20,000 nucleotides of DNA from Isosphaeraceae bacterium (lineage in GTDB: Bacteria; Planctomycetota; Planctomycetia; Isosphaerales; Isosphaeraceae), in contig CBDAVP010000015.1 in assembly GCA_965201075.1 (NCBI GenBank), positions 173,957-193,956 of the forward strand, given 5' to 3'. Below are positions 17,295-20,000 of the stretch, one piece after another. Position 1 is the first letter of the stretch; each line of letters begins with the position of its first letter. The position numbers and the translations under genes are program-made. The notes below the pieces were generated by a model. It worked only from the letters and a program-made list of their open reading frames with translations. It was not told the DNA's origin and did not search any database.

Positions 17295-18158
17295 TCAACC
17301 TCTCACTCCCGGGGCCTGGGCGGCCAGGACTGGAGCCGATGAGTTGCGGCCACGCTCCCGACGGATCATCGCGATCACCGAGACGGCCAGGACCAGCACC
17401 GTGGCCACGCCGAAGACCCTGGTGAGCAGGATGACGTTGGCGGTGTACTTGCCGGTGGCCGCGTCATAGTGGTAGCAAAACAAGAGAATTCGGGCGATCG
17501 GCGAGCCGATGCGGTACGCCGAGGACTCCATCAAGGCAAACTGCATGTCGCGTGGGGAGTATTCGATGCCGAAGAAGTAGCGGGAAATCTTGCCGCCAGG
17601 GGTCAAGACCAGCAAACCCGAGGCGTGAGTGTAAATTTGGGAGGCTGGGTCGTAGGTGTAGCGGAAACCGGCGACCTCGGCCAGCCTGGCGATTGCATCG
17701 GCCTTGCCCGTGAGGAAGTGCCAACCCGCCGATGCGCCAGGACGTCCATAGTCTTGGATGTAGGCGGATTTCTTCTCCTCAGCCAGTTCGGGCGTTTCGG
17801 TGGGGCTGAAGCTGACCGTCAGAATGTCGAAATCCTTACCAACATCCAGCTTGAGCGGCTTCAAGCAGGTCGACAACCCCTTCAGTTCCAGGCCGCACAG
17901 CAAAGGGCACTTATAGTAGACCAGCGAGAGGATGATCGGTTTCTTGCCGAAATAGTCACCAAGGCGGACCACCTTTCCCGACTCGTCGCGGAAGGTGAGG
18001 TCCGGGGGAATTTGGGCATCCAGGTGCTGATCGAAGGCGACCTGTTGAATCGACCCGCCCCGTACCTCCTGTCCACGGACGACCGAACCCCCCGCGACCA
18101 TCGCGAGCAGGAGGCCCAGGGCCCAGGTCGTCAGGGAAGGGGTACGAGGCGGAATCAT
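17295..18158 (-). CDS. SCO1/SenC family copper chaperone
   Basis: Signal peptide, YYKCPLLC (CxxxC), conserved His in YTHAS, and a C-terminal TM helix. Confidence 0.88.
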   Translation of the reverse strand: MIPPRTPSLTTWALGLLLAMVAGGSVVRGQEVRGGSIQQVAFDQHLDAQIPPDLTFRDESGKVVRLGDYFGKKPIILSLVYYKCPLLCGLELKGLSTCLKPLKLDVGKDFDILTVSFSPTETPELAEEKKSAYIQDYGRPGASAGWHFLTGKADAIARLAEVAGFRYTYDPASQIYTHASGLLVLTPGGKISRYFFGIEYSPRDMQFALMESSAYRIGSPIARILLFCYHYDAATGKYTANVILLTRVFGVATVLVLAVSVIAMIRRERGRNSSAPVLAAQAPGVRG

Positions 18159-18175
18159 CCGGAAAATCCCTTGGT

Positions 18176-18757
18176 TCAGGAGGACGGTTTCGGGGTCGGA
18201 GTCGGTGCGGCATCCAAAGCCGGCGCTGGGGCCGGAGTCGCTTCCGGGACCGGAGCCGGGGCAGGTGCCGGGGATGCCTCGGAGGGAGGCGAGTCGGCCG
18301 GGGCAGGAACGGCGGGCTTGGCTTTCAGGGAGTTGGGCCCTCCGTCGACTAGCAGATCAATCGCCCGGGAGACCGGCAAATGGGCAGTTTGATGCTTGTC
18401 GTCGGCCCAACCATAGCCGTCGAGGGTCTTGCGCTCCTCGGCGTAGAAGGTCCTCATATCCTCGGCGTCGTGTTCCTGGAGCTTGGGCAACGGGAACTGA
18501 CCGATGGTGATTCCGTACTGTTCAGGGTGCTGCTCGGCCCTGCGGTTCTGGTCGAAGGCAAAGACATCCATCACCCGAGCCGTGCCGAACATAATCAGGG
18601 CCGTCAGCAAGGTCAGGCCCGCGCCAAAGATCAGGATGCCTCGGAACTTGACATTGTCGAACTCATATCCAGGACCTTGGTTGGGATCCTGGAACCCTTG
18701 AGGGCTCATGTCGCCGGAGGTCGGCACTCGGGAAGACTGGTGCGGCGCATCGTCCAC
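18176..18757 (-). CDS. Single-TM protein of the ACIII/oxidase cluster (possibly ActG-like) with Pro/Ala-rich tail
   Basis: GYE motif, one TM helix, PLPKLQ, and LDGYGWAD...HLPVSRAIDLL. Lies between the ActF-like gene and SCO, a position typical for this cluster. Confidence 0.65.
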   Translation of the reverse strand: MDDAPHQSSRVPTSGDMSPQGFQDPNQGPGYEFDNVKFRGILIFGAGLTLLTALIMFGTARVMDVFAFDQNRRAEQHPEQYGITIGQFPLPKLQEHDAEDMRTFYAEERKTLDGYGWADDKHQTAHLPVSRAIDLLVDGGPNSLKAKPAVPAPADSPPSEASPAPAPAPVPEATPAPAPALDAAPTPTPKPSS

Positions 18758-18759
18758 GA

Positions 18760-20000
18760 TCAGTGGCCTCCACCATGATCGACCTCGGCATGCACGTCGA
18801 TGCCCGGGTCATTGAGCGGGACCAGCGACTTGCCGTCGAGGTTACGAAGGAAGGCGAAGAGCCAGATCCCCCCGACCCCCACGAACGCCGCCAGCACCAG
18901 GGGCAAGGTCATCCAGGGAATGTGAGGCGCCTCGCCGTGAGATTCCGAGGCATGTCCGGCCAAGGCGATGACCCCCTGGGCCGGCAGGACCAGCCAGATC
19001 AGGTCGATCAGCCTCATGAACAGGATCGCCACGGCGACGGTCCGGAGGTTGACCAGACTGCGCTTGACGTCTTTCAACAGCAGGAAGAAGAACGGCGCGG
19101 CGAAGTGAAAGACCATCAAGGCGGCCACCACGAATTGCCAACCGCCGTTGCTGCGACGCAGGTAGTAGGGAATCTCCTCGATCAAGTTCCCGCACCAGAT
19201 CAGCAGGAACTGGGAGAACGAGGTGTAGGCCCAGAGCATCGTGAAGGCCAGGGTGAGGTTACCCACATCATTGAATCGGCCAGGCGTCGCGACCGAAGCG
19301 ACCGGCTCGACGTGTTCGTGGGCCAGGGTCGTCGTCAAGAGGATCGTGAAGGCCAGGCTCGAGAGTGCCATCCCGATCATGACCATGACGCTGAAGATCG
19401 TGGAGTACCATTCCGGCTCCAGCGACATGATCCAATCGATCGTCGCGACGGTCCCGGACACGAAAAGCCAGACCAGTCCGGGGGCGGCGACGAATTGCGG
19501 CCATCGCGAAGGGGTTGGGTCGGTCGTATAGTCCTGTCGCACCGACCAGCGGCTCATCAGGAACGCCAGGACCCACCAGGAGGCGAAGCAGACCCCCGCC
19601 CGGATGAGGAAAAAGTTGGCGTTGAGATACGAGATTTTGTGCTGGACGGAGCGGGCGAGAGTGTGGACTTTGTCGGACGGCACAGCCCACTCAGGGTAGA
19701 GCGTCCCCAGGCCGAGGAAGATCGGGACGAATAGCAAGGCCAGCACCGGCATGGTCAGCGAGGCGGCCTCCATCGGCCGGCGGGCGATCAGGCCCCAGGC
19801 GCCCCCGACCAGGCGGTGAAGCATCGAGAGGGCCAGACCACCCAGAGCGATGCCGAACCAGAAAAGAAATCCGACCAGATAGGCCGGCAAGGCCCGCGCC
19901 GGCATGGTCAAACCGGCCAGCAGACAGACGGCTAGGCCGGCGACTCCGGCGACCAGGGCGGGCACCTTCAAGCGTCCCAGGGATGGGGGCAACGACTCAC
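18760..20000 (-). CDS. actF: Alternative complex III membrane subunit ActF (NrfD/PsrC-like), 5'-truncated by the window
   Basis: About 10 TM helices, LVGGAWG, DWIMSLEPEWYSTIF, DVGNL, WAYTSFSQFLLIW-GNL-EE. The frame stays open to base 20000, so the TTG at 19992 is probably not the start. Confidence 0.85.
   Translation of the reverse strand, partial: ESLPPSLGRLKVPALVAGVAGLAVCLLAGLTMPARALPAYLVGFLFWFGIALGGLALSMLHRLVGGAWGLIARRPMEAASLTMPVLALLFVPIFLGLGTLYPEWAVPSDKVHTLARSVQHKISYLNANFFLIRAGVCFASWWVLAFLMSRWSVRQDYTTDPTPSRWPQFVAAPGLVWLFVSGTVATIDWIMSLEPEWYSTIFSVMVMIGMALSSLAFTILLTTTLAHEHVEPVASVATPGRFNDVGNLTLAFTMLWAYTSFSQFLLIWCGNLIEEIPYYLRRSNGGWQFVVAALMVFHFAAPFFFLLLKDVKRSLVNLRTVAVAILFMRLIDLIWLVLPAQGVIALAGHASESHGEAPHIPWMTLPLVLAAFVGVGGIWLFAFLRNLDGKSLVPLNDPGIDVHAEVDHGGGH

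Noticed and set aside
18180..18330. Repetitive GGGGCCGGAGTCG/GGGGCAGG-like DNA
   Set aside because: It is explained by the Pro/Ala-rich protein tail. It is not a CRISPR array or a regular tandem repeat.
1..20000. CRISPR arrays, tRNA/rRNA genes, transposases, integrases
   Set aside because: I saw no regularly spaced repeats, cloverleaf-type sequences or mobile-element motifs by eye.

Overview
High-GC bacterial window, most likely a planctomycete (Isosphaeraceae-like), judged from the 'F-x-P-x-x-x-x-x-LEER' and 'DNPYQAP' N-terminal motifs. It has four blocks. (1) A partial M20/ArgE-type deacetylase lies divergent from a translationally coupled operon of a KamA-type lysine 2,3-aminomutase and two Ddl-like ATP-grasp ligases, followed by a secreted TlpA/TPR protein. 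(2) A minus-strand four-gene operon encodes two small paralogous membrane proteins sharing an AFVGTCxPxxC...RLWxHK motif, a tetraether-synthase (Tes/MJ0619/GDGT-MAS)-like radical SAM enzyme, and a non-canonical Lgt-like diacylglyceryl transferase. (3) A GNAT acetyltransferase / histone-deacetylase-family fusion, a putative secreted planctomycete protein behind a C12 tract, and a secreted HExxH metallopeptidase. (4) The 3' part of an alternative complex III / caa3-type (A2) cytochrome c oxidase operon with a coupled HAD phosphatase. The best candidates for undescribed systems are the Tes-like + Lgt-like + Cys-motif membrane protein operon and the aminomutase + tandem ATP-grasp (+ GNAT-HDAC, M20) beta-amino-acid pathway. 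I saw no rRNA, tRNA, CRISPR array or mobile element.
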